In this document: piece after piece, positions 48,415 to 62,544 of the stretch
Numbering within the stretch: position 1 is the first letter of the stretch
How the letters are laid out: every line of letters begins with the position of its first letter
NCBI GenBank assembly: GCA_951406725.2
Contig: OX597817.1
Coordinates: 99,076,001-99,140,000, forward strand
Length of the DNA stretch: 64,000 nucleotides
Direction: 5' to 3'
DNA from: Octopus vulgaris
Lineage: Eukaryota
Translations under genes and position numbers: made by a program
The notes under the pieces: generated by a model
Seen by the model: only the letters and a program-made list of their open reading frames with translations
The model's database searches: none
What the model was told of the DNA's origin: nothing

Positions 48415-48700
48415 TTTATTGTTTTACTTGTTTCAGTCATGTGATTGTGGCCATGCTGGAGGACCGCCTTTGGTTGAAAAAAATCAACCACAGGATTTAT
48501 TCTTTGTAAGCCTAGCGTCTTTCATTCGGTGTCTTTCACCGAACTGCTAAGTTATGGAAACATCGGTTTCAAGCAATAGTGGGAGTACAAACACAGATAC
48601 ACACACACACACAAATATACACATATATACAACAGTCTTCTTTCAGTTTCCATGAACAAAATACACTCACAATGTTTTGGTCAGCCTGAGACTATAATAT
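48415..48700 (-). mobile_element. 5'-truncated SINE (same family)
   Basis: Matches the 3' half of the SINE consensus. Confidence 0.7.
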
Positions 48701-48954
48701 TTATATATATACTCATATATATATGCCAGCATGGAAAGCAGATGTTAAACGATGATGATGATATATCTATATCTATATATATATATATACAAATATACAC
48801 ACATGTATATATTTATATCCATATATATATATAATTATATAGATATATATATACATATGTATATATATATATATACATACACACACACATATATGCATAT
48901 AATTATATATATATGTATCTGTGTATATATATATATATATGTGTGTGTGTGCGT

Positions 48955-49350
48955 GTAAAGGCAAAATTGATTTCTGAAATAACGGATGCAAAAGTAAAAA
49001 AATGTGGTAGACCAAACTGCGCAACATGCCCAAACCTTCTAGAAGGATCAGAATTCCTCTTCAAAGAGGGACAAAAATTCAAGATCAAATCTTAATTTTA
49101 CTTGTGCTTCAGAAAACCTAATTTATGTCATTAGATGCTCAGACACAAATGCACTCTGCATCGACAAGATTGCATTCCCAGAATACAGAATGATACCCTT
49201 TAGTGAGCATATTGAGAAATGTGTAAAGCAACTACTACCACAATTTATAATCTTTCCATTCTATCAATGTGCTATTGGAACACCAACACAAGTTAGATTA
49301 AACAAGAAAACATTCTTCATTGAAAAATATTAGCCAAAACTTAACCATTT
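48955..49350 (+). pseudogene. Neptune-type PLE Cys-linker plus GIY-YIG fragment
   Basis: KKCGRPNCATCPNL...FTCASENLIYVIRC...EHIEKC...FPFYQ...KY*PKLN. Confidence 0.75.
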
Positions 49351-49757
49351 CTAACATTTTTAATCAAGGAAACTCATCTCATTGAAAAAATATAAAAGCA
49401 AAACCTAATCACATTCTATTCCTTCTAAACTAACTCATGTTTATTTAGTCATACCCAACATGTTTGATTATCTCCCTTATACCGGAAAAAATCCCTGATT
49501 ACCTTCCACTGCCTGGAACTCCATATTTCACAACATAGCGAAGACGTGACACGATGTAGGTAAAGAAATTTGAAAAATTTGAAAAGAAAATAGGAAACCG
49601 GTTATTTCTCCAAAAACTATGTTACTATACACAAAATTTTCTAACATTTTTCTAACATAAGGACTTAAATATATTCTTTAACCATATAACACAAGCCTTC
49701 TGTAGTTTTTTCATTCTTTTTTATTTTTTATGCATCTAACCATGTGCTTTCACTCTC

Positions 49758-49806
<49 letters not shown>

Positions 49807-50299
49807 TGTATGTATGTATGTATGTATGCATGCATGCATGCATGTATGTATGTATGTATGTATGTATGTATGTATGTATGTATGTATGTATGTATGTATA
49901 GAGTGTTAGGAGTGATATACGGAAGTTGAATAATGAGAAAAATAGTCATCAGAATTTTGGAAAAAAATCTTTTTATTTCTTCATTATTATTAGCGCTTTT
50001 ATTCCTTTCTTGAACTTGTCAAATAAAATTTTGTGAATGTACAAACAACTTGTTCATTTATATAAAACAGATGTTTTTGGGGTGTTTTGTTTGGAAGAGA
50101 ACATTGTTTTTGTTTTTTGGGGTGAATTTCCATGACAGTGGAGATGGATAGATAGAAATATAGGTAGGTAGATAGGCTGATAGATAGATAGTTAGATAGA
50201 TAAATAGAGAGAGAGAGAGAAAGAGAGATGATGATAGGCAGATAGATCGATTGAGAGAGAGAAAGAGAGGTTGATAGACAGACAGATAGATAGATAGAT

Positions 50300-50311
50300 A
50301 TATAGACAGAC

Positions 50312-50387
<76 letters not shown>

Positions 50388-50581
50388 GGATAGATAGATA
50401 GTCAAACAGGTAGAGGGAGGGAGAGAGAGAGAGAGAGAGAAGGGGTATCCCCTTCCTATTCACCATTCATTCATTTATTTATTTAGTCCTTTACAATTGT
50501 ATTGGAATGTGTCTAAGGATGGTGACTTCTTCAAAAGAAAAAAAAAATATGGCAGTTTGGTCATCACTAAAAAATCATTTT

Positions 50582-50628
<47 letters not shown>

Positions 50629-50789
50629 GGATAGATAGATAGTCAGACAGGTAGAGGGAGGGAGAGAGAGAGAGAGAGAAGGGGTATCCCCTTCCTATTC
50701 ACCATTCATTCATTTATTTATTTAGTCCTTTACAATTCTTCAAAAGAAAAAAAAATATGGCAGTTTGGTCATCACTAAAAAATCATTTT
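50300..50789 (+). repeat. (GATA)n/(GA)n microsatellite block with a local tandem duplication
   Basis: GTCA.ACAGGTAGAGGGAGG...CATCACTAAAAAATCATTTTG occurs twice (~50401-50582 and ~50642-50790). Confidence 0.85.
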
Positions 50790-51027
50790 GCTTTCTTTCT
50801 CTCTTCCCCTTTTTTCCTTCTTTTTTCCCTCTGTCTTTCTTTTTCTCCTCTTTAAGTTATATTTAGAACACAAAATGAACTGTCATCCCTTCCAAACATT
50901 CATTTTTGGAGGGAATTTTTTGATGAAATGTAGTTCTACATGCAAAAACATTAGTATAATATTTGCAAATTAACAATTTGAAAAATCAATTAATAAATAA
51001 AATAAAATGAAAACATATATATATATA

Positions 51028-51435
51028 TAGGCACAGGAGTAGCTGTGTGGTAAGTAGCTTGCTTACCAACCACATGGTTCTGAGTTCAGTCCCACTGCAT
51101 AGCACCTTGGGCAAGTGTCTTCTACTATAGCCTCAGGCTGACCAAAGCCTTGTGAGTGGATTTGGTAGACGGAAACTGAAAGAAGCCCTCCGTATATATG
51201 TATATATACATATGTATGTGTGTGTATATGCTTATTTGTCTGTGTTTGTCCCCTGAACATCGCCGGACAACTGATGCTGGTGTGTTTATGTCCCCGTAAC
51301 TTAGCGGTTTGGCAAAAGAGATCGATAGAATAAGTACTAGGCTTACAAAGAATAAGTCCTGGGGTTGATTTGCTCAACTAAAGGCGGTGCTCAAGCATGA
51401 TCACAGTCAAATGACTGAAACAAGTAAAAAGAATA
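51028..51435 (+). mobile_element. tRNA-derived SINE (same family as 16040-16450)
   Basis: Complete head, core and tail. Confidence 0.87.
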
Positions 51436-51513
51436 TACAACAAAAAAAGAATATACACACACACACATATGTATATATATATATATATACATAAAGCTAG
51501 AACATCCCAATGC

Positions 51514-51549
<36 letters not shown>

Positions 51550-51559
51550 CATTTGTAGA

Positions 51560-52720
51560 AATGAGCCACATTTGGAATAAAGAATTCAAATTCTCCACTT
51601 TACCTTCAAGCATTCAATTTTAGAGAGAATCTCTTGATGAAGTGTGTGTGTGTTTGGGAACAGTTCTTAGTTTATACTGTGTAAGTTCAATCACCTCTTT
51701 TAATTTCATGATTTTGCATTAGAGAACATTAGTATAACATTTACAAAATGTACTCTCTCGGCTTTTTTTTCAAACATTCAATTTTAGAGAGAATTTTTTG
51801 ATGAAATGTAGTTCCATTGCTTTCTGGTATTACAGATTTATACTGTGCACATTTGCAAAAGGGGATAATTTTGAATTTTCTGATGCTGAATATTTCTAGA
51901 TGTTTACTTAATGGAATCTTGCATAATTCCTCTTCTCGGATATGTTGCCTGTGGATTCTTGTATGTTGGCAGAGGAAATTCTTTGTTTCACCAATGTAAT
52001 TTTCTTTGCAGTTTGGGTAGGTAATGCAGTATATGAGGTTTTGTGTTTTGTAGTTCATAATCTGCATTTATTTTGAAAAGGGATCTGCTCTTGAATTTTA
52101 TGTGGGAACCACTTTCCAAGTATTTGAAAGTGTCGATATTGTTGCATGTTCCATATCTCCTCTCTCCACATTCTTTTTCATTCTGATTCATTCTCTGATT
52201 TGAATTCTGACCTTGGGAGGTGTTTTTGAAGATATTTTGGTTGGCATCTGCTATCCTGTAAGGTGTTTTTTTCAATCAGATTTTTCATTTTGGAGCTTTG
52301 TAGGAGTATAGGTAAGTTCGATTTTATGGTGTGAAAGATGTTGGTTATTACAGGATTGTCTGTGTTGATGAATGAAATTGTGTTTTCATTAACTTTTTCC
52401 TTAGGTGTCCATAGTTGGGTGATGATCAGTTTCATCGCCTTTTTAATTCCCTCCTTAATTAATCCTAAGGGGTATTTCTACATTGTGAGGAAGCCTCTGA
52501 GTTTGTTGTGTCAGATTTCACCTATTTTGGGGTCAGTCACTATAGCACAGATGCATCTTGCCATGCTGTATGGAATATTTCTTTTGATGTGTGTTGGATG
52601 GCAAGAGTAGAAGTTTGAATATTGGTGTGTGTCAGTTTTTTTGTAAAATATGTCTATTGTGACTGTATTTTTATGTGGATATCTAGGAATGGTAGTTCAT
52701 TGCAACTGGATTCTGTCATC
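51560..52720 (-). pseudogene. Neptune-type PLE RT thumb plus GIY-YIG, decayed
   Basis: Minus strand: LPFLDI...SCHPTHIKRNIPYSMARCICAI and NLIYCITYPNCKENYIGETK...IHRQHI...PLSKHL. The 3' end is partly duplicated (51609-51700 vs 51774-51860). Confidence 0.82.
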
Positions 52721-52732
52721 AGTATATTGTTA

Positions 52733-53615
52733 CTGGGTTGCCCAGAAAGTTTGTGCCGATTTATAGTAGCTTACCTTTCGACTTATTTTAGAACATGGTT
52801 GAGTCCATAAAATAGGATTTGACTACGCCTCCATTTAGGGCACAGTTTAAGCTATCTTTTCGTGGAAGAAGGTTTATGTTCCTATAACCTGCATTAATTC
52901 TGTAACCCTTTAAAATGGAAGATAAGAAAGTTCATTTTCGGCACTTGATGCTTTTCTTTTTCTGTAAAGGGAAAAATGCCTCACAAGCAACCAAAGAAGT
53001 ATGCGCAGTTTACAGTGATGTTTCTTTATCCGAAAGAACTGTACGGAAGTGGTTCGCAAGGTTCCAAGCTGGAGTTTGTATGTAGCCTTATTGATAAAGA
53101 GCAATCAGGCAGACAATCCACTACAGATGATGACCAAATCAAGTCATTAATTGAGAATAACCCACATTACACAACCCGAGAATTGGCAGAAAGCCTCAAC
53201 CTATCAAAATCCGTCATTCATGAGCACCTGGTAAAGCTTGAGAACACAAATCACTACGATGTTTGGGTACGACATGAGTTGAGTGAGAAGAACCTTTTGG
53301 ATCGCATTTCCATCTGTGATTCGCTTTATAAACGGAATGAAAATGCACCTTTTTTAAAGCAAATTGTGACAGGTGATGAGAAATGGATTATCTACGGAAA
53401 TGTTCAGAGAAAGTGATCCTGGAGTAAGCGACATGAGCCACCCTTAGCCACCCCCAAAGTGGGTCTTCACCCTAAAAAAGTCTTGCTTTGTGTCTGGTGG
53501 GATTGGAAAGGAATTCTGTACTATGAGATTCTCCCAAGTAACCAGACAGTTAATTCTGAGAAATACTGCACACAGCTGGATGAGTTAAAAGCAGCAATTC
53601 AAGAGAAACGTCCAA
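52733..53615 (+). mobile_element. 3'-truncated mariner
   Basis: HTH region, WVRHELSE, IVTGDEKWI and LHPKKVLLCVWWDWKG. Confidence 0.85.
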
Positions 53616-54023
53616 AGCAGGGAGATATACATCTCCCGAAGACATCTCAAAACCTACCACAAACAACATCAACACCACAAAAATATATACAGGGAATATA
53701 CTCACAGCCATAGACACAAAAAACACACAGTTGATGAAATACATCAACACAAAAGCAAACATTACAGAAAACGACATTAAAACGAGCAACCACCCACGCA
53801 CAACACCACCAGAACACATCAAAATTGACCACATAACACCAACATTGCACCACATATTAAAGTCCTTCTATCCCAATGCGGTAGGAGGATGTCATAAATA
53901 TTTAGCAAAAAAACTGTACAGTAGCCTCTTTGATGAAAAATCAAAGGAGGAAACAAAACTTTCCAACGATAAGTAACTCTCTGTTCCTTTCGTTTGTTTT
54001 AAAGCACACAACTCAATAGGATC

Positions 54024-54690
54024 ATGGTCAAGATTGGTTGTGTGAATGACATAAAGTCACACGATTTGGGAATCATAGCCATAAGTGAGACCAGACTCCA
54101 TGAGCCACAAGCCCTAAAGTTCATGTTTGGCGGACAGTTTAACATTTATTTTTCTCCCTGTCTGCCGATGATGGGTGGTAGTGACATGGCAGTACATTTT
54201 CGCAAGAGTCTGGATCTCAAAGTGAAGACGATATTCGTAGACCCAGAGGGTAGAATGGTTGTCCTGGATGTCGATGACAGCGATGGGTGCACTTTTCAAC
54301 TTCTAGCAGTCTATGCACCGCCTTTAACAGGTCGGCCGGATTTCTTTCGACGTCTCGAAGTTTTCCTAGGAACGTCTCATCCTTTACTTTTAGTGGGGGA
54401 TTGGAATGCTACCTTGGACATGCTTCTAGACTATGTGGGGAGAGACAGATATAGACTGGAATGCAAATGCCTCAGAAACCTGCTCAGACGCTTTCAACTG
54501 TCTGACAGGTATCGACTCAACCACCCAAATGCACCAATGTGGACATGGTGCAACCACATTGGGTCGTTGAGATCATATCTAGATAGGATACTGTGTAGGA
54601 CAGTAGACAGGGATAGCTTAGGATGTCCACAATTCCACATAGTCAGCTACACGGATTACAAACTTGAGACGTGTACGGTAGACTTAGATA
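54024..54690 (+). pseudogene. APE endonuclease fragment of an L1/Tx1-like LINE
   Basis: IIAISETR, DPEGRMVVLD, LAVYAP, VGDWNATLD, WTW and RSYLDRI. Confidence 0.8.
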
Positions 54691-54699
54691 ATAACTGCT

Positions 54700-56270
54700 G
54701 GTTGTTGTAAAAGTCCTCTCAGAATCTCAGTGTGGATTTTGGCAGTCACAAGGAACAATTGACATGGTCTTCTGTGTATGGCAACTCCAAGTAAAGGCTC
54801 ATGAACAGTAGCAACCACTCAACAAAGTTCCCCAACCAGCAATGTTGTCTGTACTCCATTGCTTTGGTTGCCTCAACCACTTTGTTGACCTCATTTTCGT
54901 GCTTCCTGACAGTATGGTAGGACACATTCTCTGAGCCATTCTCCATCTCCGGAGGCCTGAAACAAGGCTGCATCCTGGCTTCAACCCTGTTCTCCATCTA
55001 CCTGGTGGTGATGCACAAGAAGATCCCACGACTCTCCTGGTGTTGACATCCACTATCACCTGGATAGTGGACTCTTCACCTTGCAAGCCTGAGGTCCAAA
55101 ACTTGAGCAGCGAATAGCAGCATCAAGGAGTTCCAGTACACAGACAATAATACCACCCCCACCTCCTCTCTTGCCAATCTCAAACAATGCTGTTTGACTC
55201 TTGTCTCTGAAGACTACTATCGCTTTGGGATGGAATTTAATGTGGACAAAACAAAGACACTTGTGCAGTATGTTCCATCAATATAGAAGACACAACTCTG
55301 GAAGTTGTCAATGACTTTCAGTACCTTGGCAGCACTCTCTCACAATCTGGAACATGTGAAAGAGACATCAAATCTGCTCATTGGGCTTTTGAAAGACTCA
55401 TCAAGTGTGTATTCAACAACAGGCTCTCCCTCTGAACAAAACTCATGGTGTTCTGCACTATTGTCATCTCCACCTTGCTCTATGCTTGGAAGACATGAAC
55501 CCTGTATTGAAAAGACATGAAAAAGCTTGCACATTTCCAACAAGCCAAGCTTCAGCAGATCTTCAACATCAAATGGCAGAACTGTTATATCGACAATGAA
55601 GTCCTCAATCGCTCAGAAATGCCAAGTATTGAAACTTCACTGCTTCAGGTGGTTAGGACATGTCATATGAATGACCCCTTCAAGACTCCTGTAGACCATG
55701 CTGGACAGCAAGCTCATCAATGGCAAATGATATTGAAAAAGCCTTAAAGTATAAATTCAAAGACTAACTGAAGTCTTCCCTCCTTCAAGCTGGCATAAGC
55801 TCTAACACCTGTGAAACAGAAGCTGCTGACCATCCGTACTGGCAAAGAGCAATTCATTTCAGCTGTTCCACTTTTGAGGAGAGAAGAAAAACTGAAGAAG
55901 AAGCAAAAAGAAAGCTACACAATACCCAGCAACTCCAGCCAGACATCAGTGGTGCCACTGCTGACAATATTTTAATCTCTCAACTGGCCCACAGCCATCT
56001 CTCTCAGTACCATTTCCTCTCCCAGCTGAGAAGTCTTTGTCTTGCAAGTTACTTGGTGATCATGCTGATGTTCATGCCACATAAGAAGCACTCAGTACAT
56101 TGTATAAAGTGGTTGGCATTAGAAAAGGCATCCAGTGGTAGAAACCATGCCAAAACTGACTGAGGGGCCTGGTGCAGTTCTCTGATTTTCTAGCTCTTGA
56201 CAAACCATCCGATCTATGCCAGCATGGAAGACAGATGTTAAATGGTGATGATGATGATTATGATGATATA
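54700..56270 (+). mobile_element. Highly decayed RTE-like LINE RT region followed by an RTE 3' tail
   Basis: GLKQGCILASTLFSIYL, FQYTDN and DFQYLGS. The tail resembles 22110-22255 and ends in (TGA)n. Confidence 0.65.
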
Positions 56271-56355
56271 TTTATATAAAACATTTATTTTTGTATATGC
56301 ACACACACTATATGCATATATATATAAGATACATATATTTACATAAAATATATAT

Positions 56356-56399
<44 letters not shown>

Positions 56400-56604
56400 A
56401 TTTATATCTATATATGTACATAAAATAGGTACGGCAGCTGAAATGAGCTCAGTCCTTGCTGCTTCATTCAGGCGAAGAGTACAAGCTAAGGGGTTAAATC
56501 CCTTTAACCTGAGATACCTGCTGACAATATGGAAGTTTTTCCAGCATTACAATAGATTTAGAAGAGCTTGCATATATGTATGAATGTGTGTGTGTGTTGT
56601 GTGT

Positions 56605-56642
<38 letters not shown>

Positions 56643-57441
56643 ATGTGTGTGTGTGTGTGTGCTGTAGAAAAGCTTGAAGTATTTTTATCTTTCCTTATTA
56701 GTTCTTTGTGTTCCATTTGGTCATTAGTGTTCCTAAATCCCGTAAGCCATTAATGTTTTGAAGCTATCACAGTGCCATTCTCAGAAGGAAATTATTGTAG
56801 GATATCTGCTTTTTCTACACTTTGCCTTTGATCATAAAAGCATATGGAATTTCAAATCAGCTTTCCATTTTCAATCACAATTTATAGAATAGTTATATCT
56901 GGTAGTTTTCATGGTGAATTTTGTGCAGCTTGTATGTGTTTTGACTATTAGCTAAGCCCCACCTATACTCTTCTCATCTTTTTCTGGAATTTTAGTTTTG
57001 TCAACTATTGATTTACTGTTAATTTTTGTTGCATGTACTAATATTGTAGTGCATTATAAATGCTTGATCAAATGAAGAGAGTCTTGTACCATTCATTGTA
57101 ACAGTTTGATTCATGATGCAACTTTCATGCATTGGAATTTATATATTTTATTGTTAAATGATTTCAACAAATGCATGAACTGAAAAGTACAGATTTATAA
57201 CAAAGTTTAGAAACTAGGCTTTTAACACTTTTAATCTAGAAGTCAAAGAGTTAATGGAAAAGTTAAAAATAGATGACTAGGTAGAATGCCAGGCATCCAG
57301 GTCCTTTTTTACTTCACTTAAAGACCACACTTTGGGAGAAATCTTATGAGAAAAGAACTTCAAATGTAACAGCAATTTCTTCCCAAAAGTTATGGTGTAA
57401 CACTTTAGAAGTGCCCAAATGGTAAATGTGAATAGCATTTA

Positions 57442-58678
57442 TCAGGCTGAGTAGAAAGTAAGCACCGTTTTGAAACATGAAATTCATCACAATATATTTC
57501 AACAATGTAGAAATTTTATTCATCAAAGTAAGTACCATTACAATCAACACATTTTTGCTGATGAGTTACAAGTTTGTTTATTCCAGTAATATAAAAATCT
57601 GGAGTTCTGGAGCTGATGCACTTTCAGCATCGCTTCCATTTTTTAACTCCTTCTCTCACTGGAAACCATCAAGGTGCTTGAAAAACTGGTAGTTGGTAGG
57701 AGAAAGGTCTGGGGAATAAGCTGGGAAGGGAAGAACTTCATAGCCACATTCTCTCAACTTCTGGAGCATCATTAATGACATGTGTAGTCATGAAGAATGA
57801 TTGGCCCTCTTCTGTTGACCAGTCTGGGACGGAGGAGTAGCAGTTTTACATACATTATGGCAATTTTATGGCAATATGTTTCTGCAGTAATGGTTTTTCC
57901 AGGTTTTAAAAAGTTATAGTGGATGAATCCAGCAGTACACCAGCAAATGGTCACCTTCTTTTTGAAGAGCTCAGGTTTAAAGAAGGATTTTGGTGCTTCA
58001 TTTTGGTTCAACCACTGCTAAGGATGTTTTTTATTATTGTACAGATTCCACTTTTCATTGCAAGTTACAATACAGTTGAGAAATGGATCGATCTGGTTAT
58101 GGAGAAGAAGCGACAAGCAAATTTCATATCTGCGCATTTTCTGATTTTCATGTAGTACCCATTTGTTGAGATTTTTTTGATTTTCCAATCACATGCAAAG
58201 TTTTCTGGCTAACTAAGTTTTTTTTTTTGCCAGTTCTCGAGTGGTTTTACATGGATCTTTCTCAATGATGGTCTTTAATTGACCATCATCAATGACAGAT
58301 GGGTGTCTACTATGCTTACGATCTTCAAGGCATAGATCTCCACTGCAAAATCGTTTAAACCATTTTCGAGCTTACCACTCACTGGTTAATTCCTCACCAA
58401 ACGTTTTGTTGATATTGCGAGCAGTTTCAGCTGCTTTACATCCTTTTATGAAGTTGAATAGCAAAATTGCTGGAATATCGCACTTTGACAGTTCCATTTC
58501 AGATGATTGTAACAACGGTGAAAAACATATCAATGTTAACTTATTGATGCATTTGGACAAGTCTATATCTGTATTATCAGAAAATTGCAAAAAATGTTTT
58601 AAAAAATTCAAAACTCTGCAAAAATCTGGTATAAATTCTTCATGGTTCAAAGAGTTGCTTACTTTTTACTCAATCTGA
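57442..58678 (-). mobile_element. Full-length decayed mariner
   Basis: TIRs TCAGGCTGAGTAGAAAGTAAGCA and TGCTTACTTTTTACTCAATCTGA, TA TSD. KAAETARNINKTFG and LVNRRGPIILHD. Confidence 0.85.
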
Positions 58679-58799
58679 TAGTAATTAGTGTCAGTACATA
58701 TATTTATATGTAAATTTTTATGTAATCATTAGTAAGTTTTCATATCTATATTTATATATATATATCTGTATATAAGAGTATGCATTTATATTTATACAC

Positions 58800-58872
<73 letters not shown>

Positions 58873-59539
58873 CACATATGTATACATAATTTGTATGCAT
58901 TAAACTGCATCTAGTGATGAAGCTCCTGTTTGGGAGTTCTGGAGTTGTAGGGAGTGTGGAGTCACTCTTTATTTATCATTACTTATAAGTTTGTTCTAAC
59001 CCAGATTGTTAGCAAGAACTACTATCATATACAATTAATATTCATTTTTATACGAAACATCTTTGATTGGGCAGTATTTTGTCTTAGATGGTGAAAAAAA
59101 ATTTATCTTTAGAAATTTGATGTTATAAGGTATTCTTTAATGATCAAATAATATTAACACAAATTAAAAAAGAAAAAAATGCTGAAGCAAAATATAAACA
59201 AGTTTTACTAACAATACCTTCTGTATTCATATTTTGAACATTTTTCAGTTGTAAAATAATCAGAGATATCAGTATTATTGTTAATGTTATGAAGGAAACA
59301 AAATGTCGGGAGCTAGTTTAATAATGTACCCATAGCATGTATTTTAACTAAGTGGAACTATATAATTTCAAAAACAAACTATTTACTTGTTTACAAATTT
59401 ATATCTTAAAGGAGCTAATGACACTTACCAAAGAAGGATATTTGCTATCTTTTTTTGCAGTTAGAATTGAAGATGGCAGTGAAAATTGCAATAGTTACCA
59501 GTCACAGGAAAAGTAAAACATATTTGATATTCATTATAT

Positions 59540-59571
<32 letters not shown>

Positions 59572-59575
59572 CAAT

Positions 59576-59790
59576 TGGGGAAGACCAGTTTATTGGATTA
59601 CCTAAGATTTCCCGTCCATAAAGGGTTTAGCTTTATGGTGTATTGTCAGATCCCAAAAACCTGTTGGCCTCTTAAAAATATTTTTAGGAGTTAATGAGCC
59701 AACAGATCTTTGGGATCTGATGATACGCCATAAAGCTAAACCCTTTATGGACTGGAAACCTAAGGTAATCCCATAAACCGGCCTTCCCCA
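59576..59790. repeat. Fold-back palindrome next to (TA)n containing an HHR
   Basis: 59576-59667 is inversely similar to 59698-59790, with several substitutions. Confidence 0.9.
59712..59772 (+). ncRNA. Type I hammerhead ribozyme (minus-strand twin ~59595-59654 is mutated)
   Basis: GGGAT-CTGATGA-TACG-CCATAAAG..CTTTATGG-ACTG-GAAA-CCTAAGG-TA-ATCCC. Confidence 0.85.
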
Positions 59791-60069
59791 TTTCTAATAT
59801 ATACTGCTCTAGAGTGTGCTTCTTCTTTCAGATAATGATACACACACACACACACACATATATACTTACTTTCCTTCCTTACCTTATAATATGTTTTTAC
59901 TTGCCTGCCATCATTTACCTTCAAATTTTTAGTTTGTCCTTTAGACTATTTCATCAGACTTCTAGTACTAATAAAACAAACATTCCTTTCATTGTGATTT
60001 TTACAACATATGTAAATTACTACTTAAGCACCCAGATTTTTTAATGAGGCATTCCTATTGTTTTCCTAT

Positions 60070-60452
60070 ATAGGTACAGGTGTGCTGTGTGGTAAGAAGC
60101 TTGCTTCCCAACCACATGGTTCTGGGTTTAGTCTCATTGCATGGCACCTTGGGCAAGTGGCTTTTACTATACCCTCAAGCCGACCAAAGCCTTGTGAATG
60201 GATTTCGTAGATAAAAACTGAAAGAAGCATGTCGTATGTGTGCGTGTGTATGTGTTTGTCACCCCCACCCCCACCATCACTTGACAATCTATGTCGGTGT
60301 GTTTACATCCCCATAACTTAGTGCTTCAGCAAAAGAGTACGATAGAATAAGTACTAGGTTTACAAAGAATAAATCCTGGGGTTGATTTGTTTGACTAAAG
60401 ATGGTGTTCCAGCATGGCTGCAGTCAAAACACTGAAACAAGTAAAAGAATAA
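60070..60452 (+). mobile_element. tRNA-derived SINE (same family as 16040-16450)
   Basis: Same consensus, diverged. Confidence 0.85.
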
Positions 60453-60794
60453 AACTCAAGAAGTGAAATTTCCTTCAATAGTTGAATAAACTGTCAGGTG
60501 AAACTTAAATCTCCAGTCAACACAAATATTGCTCTGTGTGTACACATGACTTTTCACCCAGGTTTCTGTGGCTTGGATAATTCTAAAACCATGAATGTTT
60601 GCATTATATTTCAAATCTGAAAGCAAACTATTTCTTTGAACATGATTCTTAATTATGAAAGAAGTCTACATATTTGAAAAAAAAACAGAAGTTGAAGTTG
60701 GAACAATATTCTTTGTCTAAAGAACTAAAACAACATCTATAATAAATTTTAATTTTTGAGCTATAATACACAAACACACACACACAGATACACA

Positions 60795-61197
60795 TGAATA
60801 GGGTGGGCGAAGTTCAGTGAATTACTACCTCTGTTAGTGACAAATGGCCTCTCTCTCAGAGTGAAAAGCAAATTGTATGATGTTTGTGTACAAACAGCTA
60901 TGTTACATGGGAGTGAGACATGGGCTATGACTACTGAGGATATTTGAAGAAACGAAGCCAGTATTATCTTCTGGATGGGTAATGTCAGTGTGCATATATA
61001 ACAGAGTGTTATTTGAGAGAAAAATTGGGTGTGCAAAGCATCAAATGTAGTGTGTAAGAAAGACCAAAGGTATCCAGCTGTAGAAACCATGCCAAAACAG
61101 ACATAGAGCCTTGGCAGCTCTTCAGCTGGCCAGCTCCTGTCAAACCATTCAACCCATACCAGCATGGAAATGAACAATAAATGATGATGATGATGAC
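60795..61197 (+). mobile_element. RTE LINE 3' fragment
   Basis: GWAKFSELLPLLVTNGLSLRVKSKLYDVCVQTAMLHGSETW plus a (TGA)n tail. Confidence 0.75.
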
Positions 61198-62544
61198 AAC
61201 ATAAGATGCAAATATATGGTTGATGTCAACAAAAGTTTATTTTTCAAACAGCTCAAATGGAATGAAAGTCAGTTTTATTAATTTTCATAAAAGCAATAAC
61301 TGTTAGAATGAATGACAGTAATTAAAAATACAACATCAAAAACATATTTGATATAAAAAGATTAAAAAATAAATCTTCTCCAGTAAAAATTAATCTTGTG
61401 TTGAAGATTACATTTAGATTTAAAAATACAATATATTTTTAAATTAAAAAAATATCTCTAAACATGAAAATACAAATTTGAATTATTAAATTTTGGAAAA
61501 CTATCATTCTTTACTGGTTCCTCTTATTAAAGAGCTACCATGCTAAGGTATGCCCTTAAAATTGTTGTTTATACTTTTGATTGCCAGATACTTTATAGAC
61601 CTGGGCATTAATGAGATGTTAGCATAACATAATGGGATACAGATAAATGAGATATTCTACTATTGATTTTGCCATCTCTTGCCAATACACATACCCCACT
61701 CACAGAAAAAAAAATCCTCCAAACCATCAAACAGGCTTCCAAACAATATCTATTTACCAAATATCATCCATAGACATTGTTTGACAAGAGTTTATGGTAA
61801 ATACTTTCCCAAAGTGTCACACAGTGGGAGTGAACCTAGAACTTAATAACCATACAGCTACACTTTCTGTTACAATGACTCTCATGACAAAAGTGTTAAG
61901 TTAATCATGCTATAATTCAACCAAATACTGACATCACACTATATTCTCATCTTGGACGTATTGTTGACATATTTTGATCAGCATTCCCTCTGAGCATCTT
62001 TAAGAGATATTTCTGAGCTAGGCTTTGGATTGGGCTTGGCATATTTATTCTACCAACTAACCACTAGCCTGCTGCTCCAAATGACAATAGTGTTGCATTT
62101 TAATATTTTAAACATGAGATTTAATCCTCCTTTTTTTTATGTCAGGTCCATGTTGATTGAACAGATCAGCAACACATCCAATATGGGCATATAGACCCAA
62201 AAATGCTATAAACTCACCATAAATTTATCTCATAAAAATATATATGAACTAAATAATGATATACAAAAAACAATATGAAAAACTTGATAAATCTTAAAGA
62301 TGGTGAGCTCCATATCTGATAGATAATTTCAAAGGAATAAATAGTGATTTCTTACAATAGCTGAAACTACAAATTTGTATGGTTAAATCAAACACAATGT
62401 GTTTTTTATTTACTTGGAGGTACAGAAGAAAAAAAATAATCAACTTAAGCAAGATTTGAACCTATTATGTAGGGGGATGGAACAAAATAGAAAGCTTAAA
62501 AAGTATTCTACTATCTTGGCTACTCTCCTACTTTGAAGGAGAAT

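Noticed and set aside
59461-59512. Possible 52-nt host exon (TTTTTTGCAG...GTAAAA)
   Set aside because: Weak donor site, no recognisable peptide and no partner exons. It cannot be supported without transcripts.
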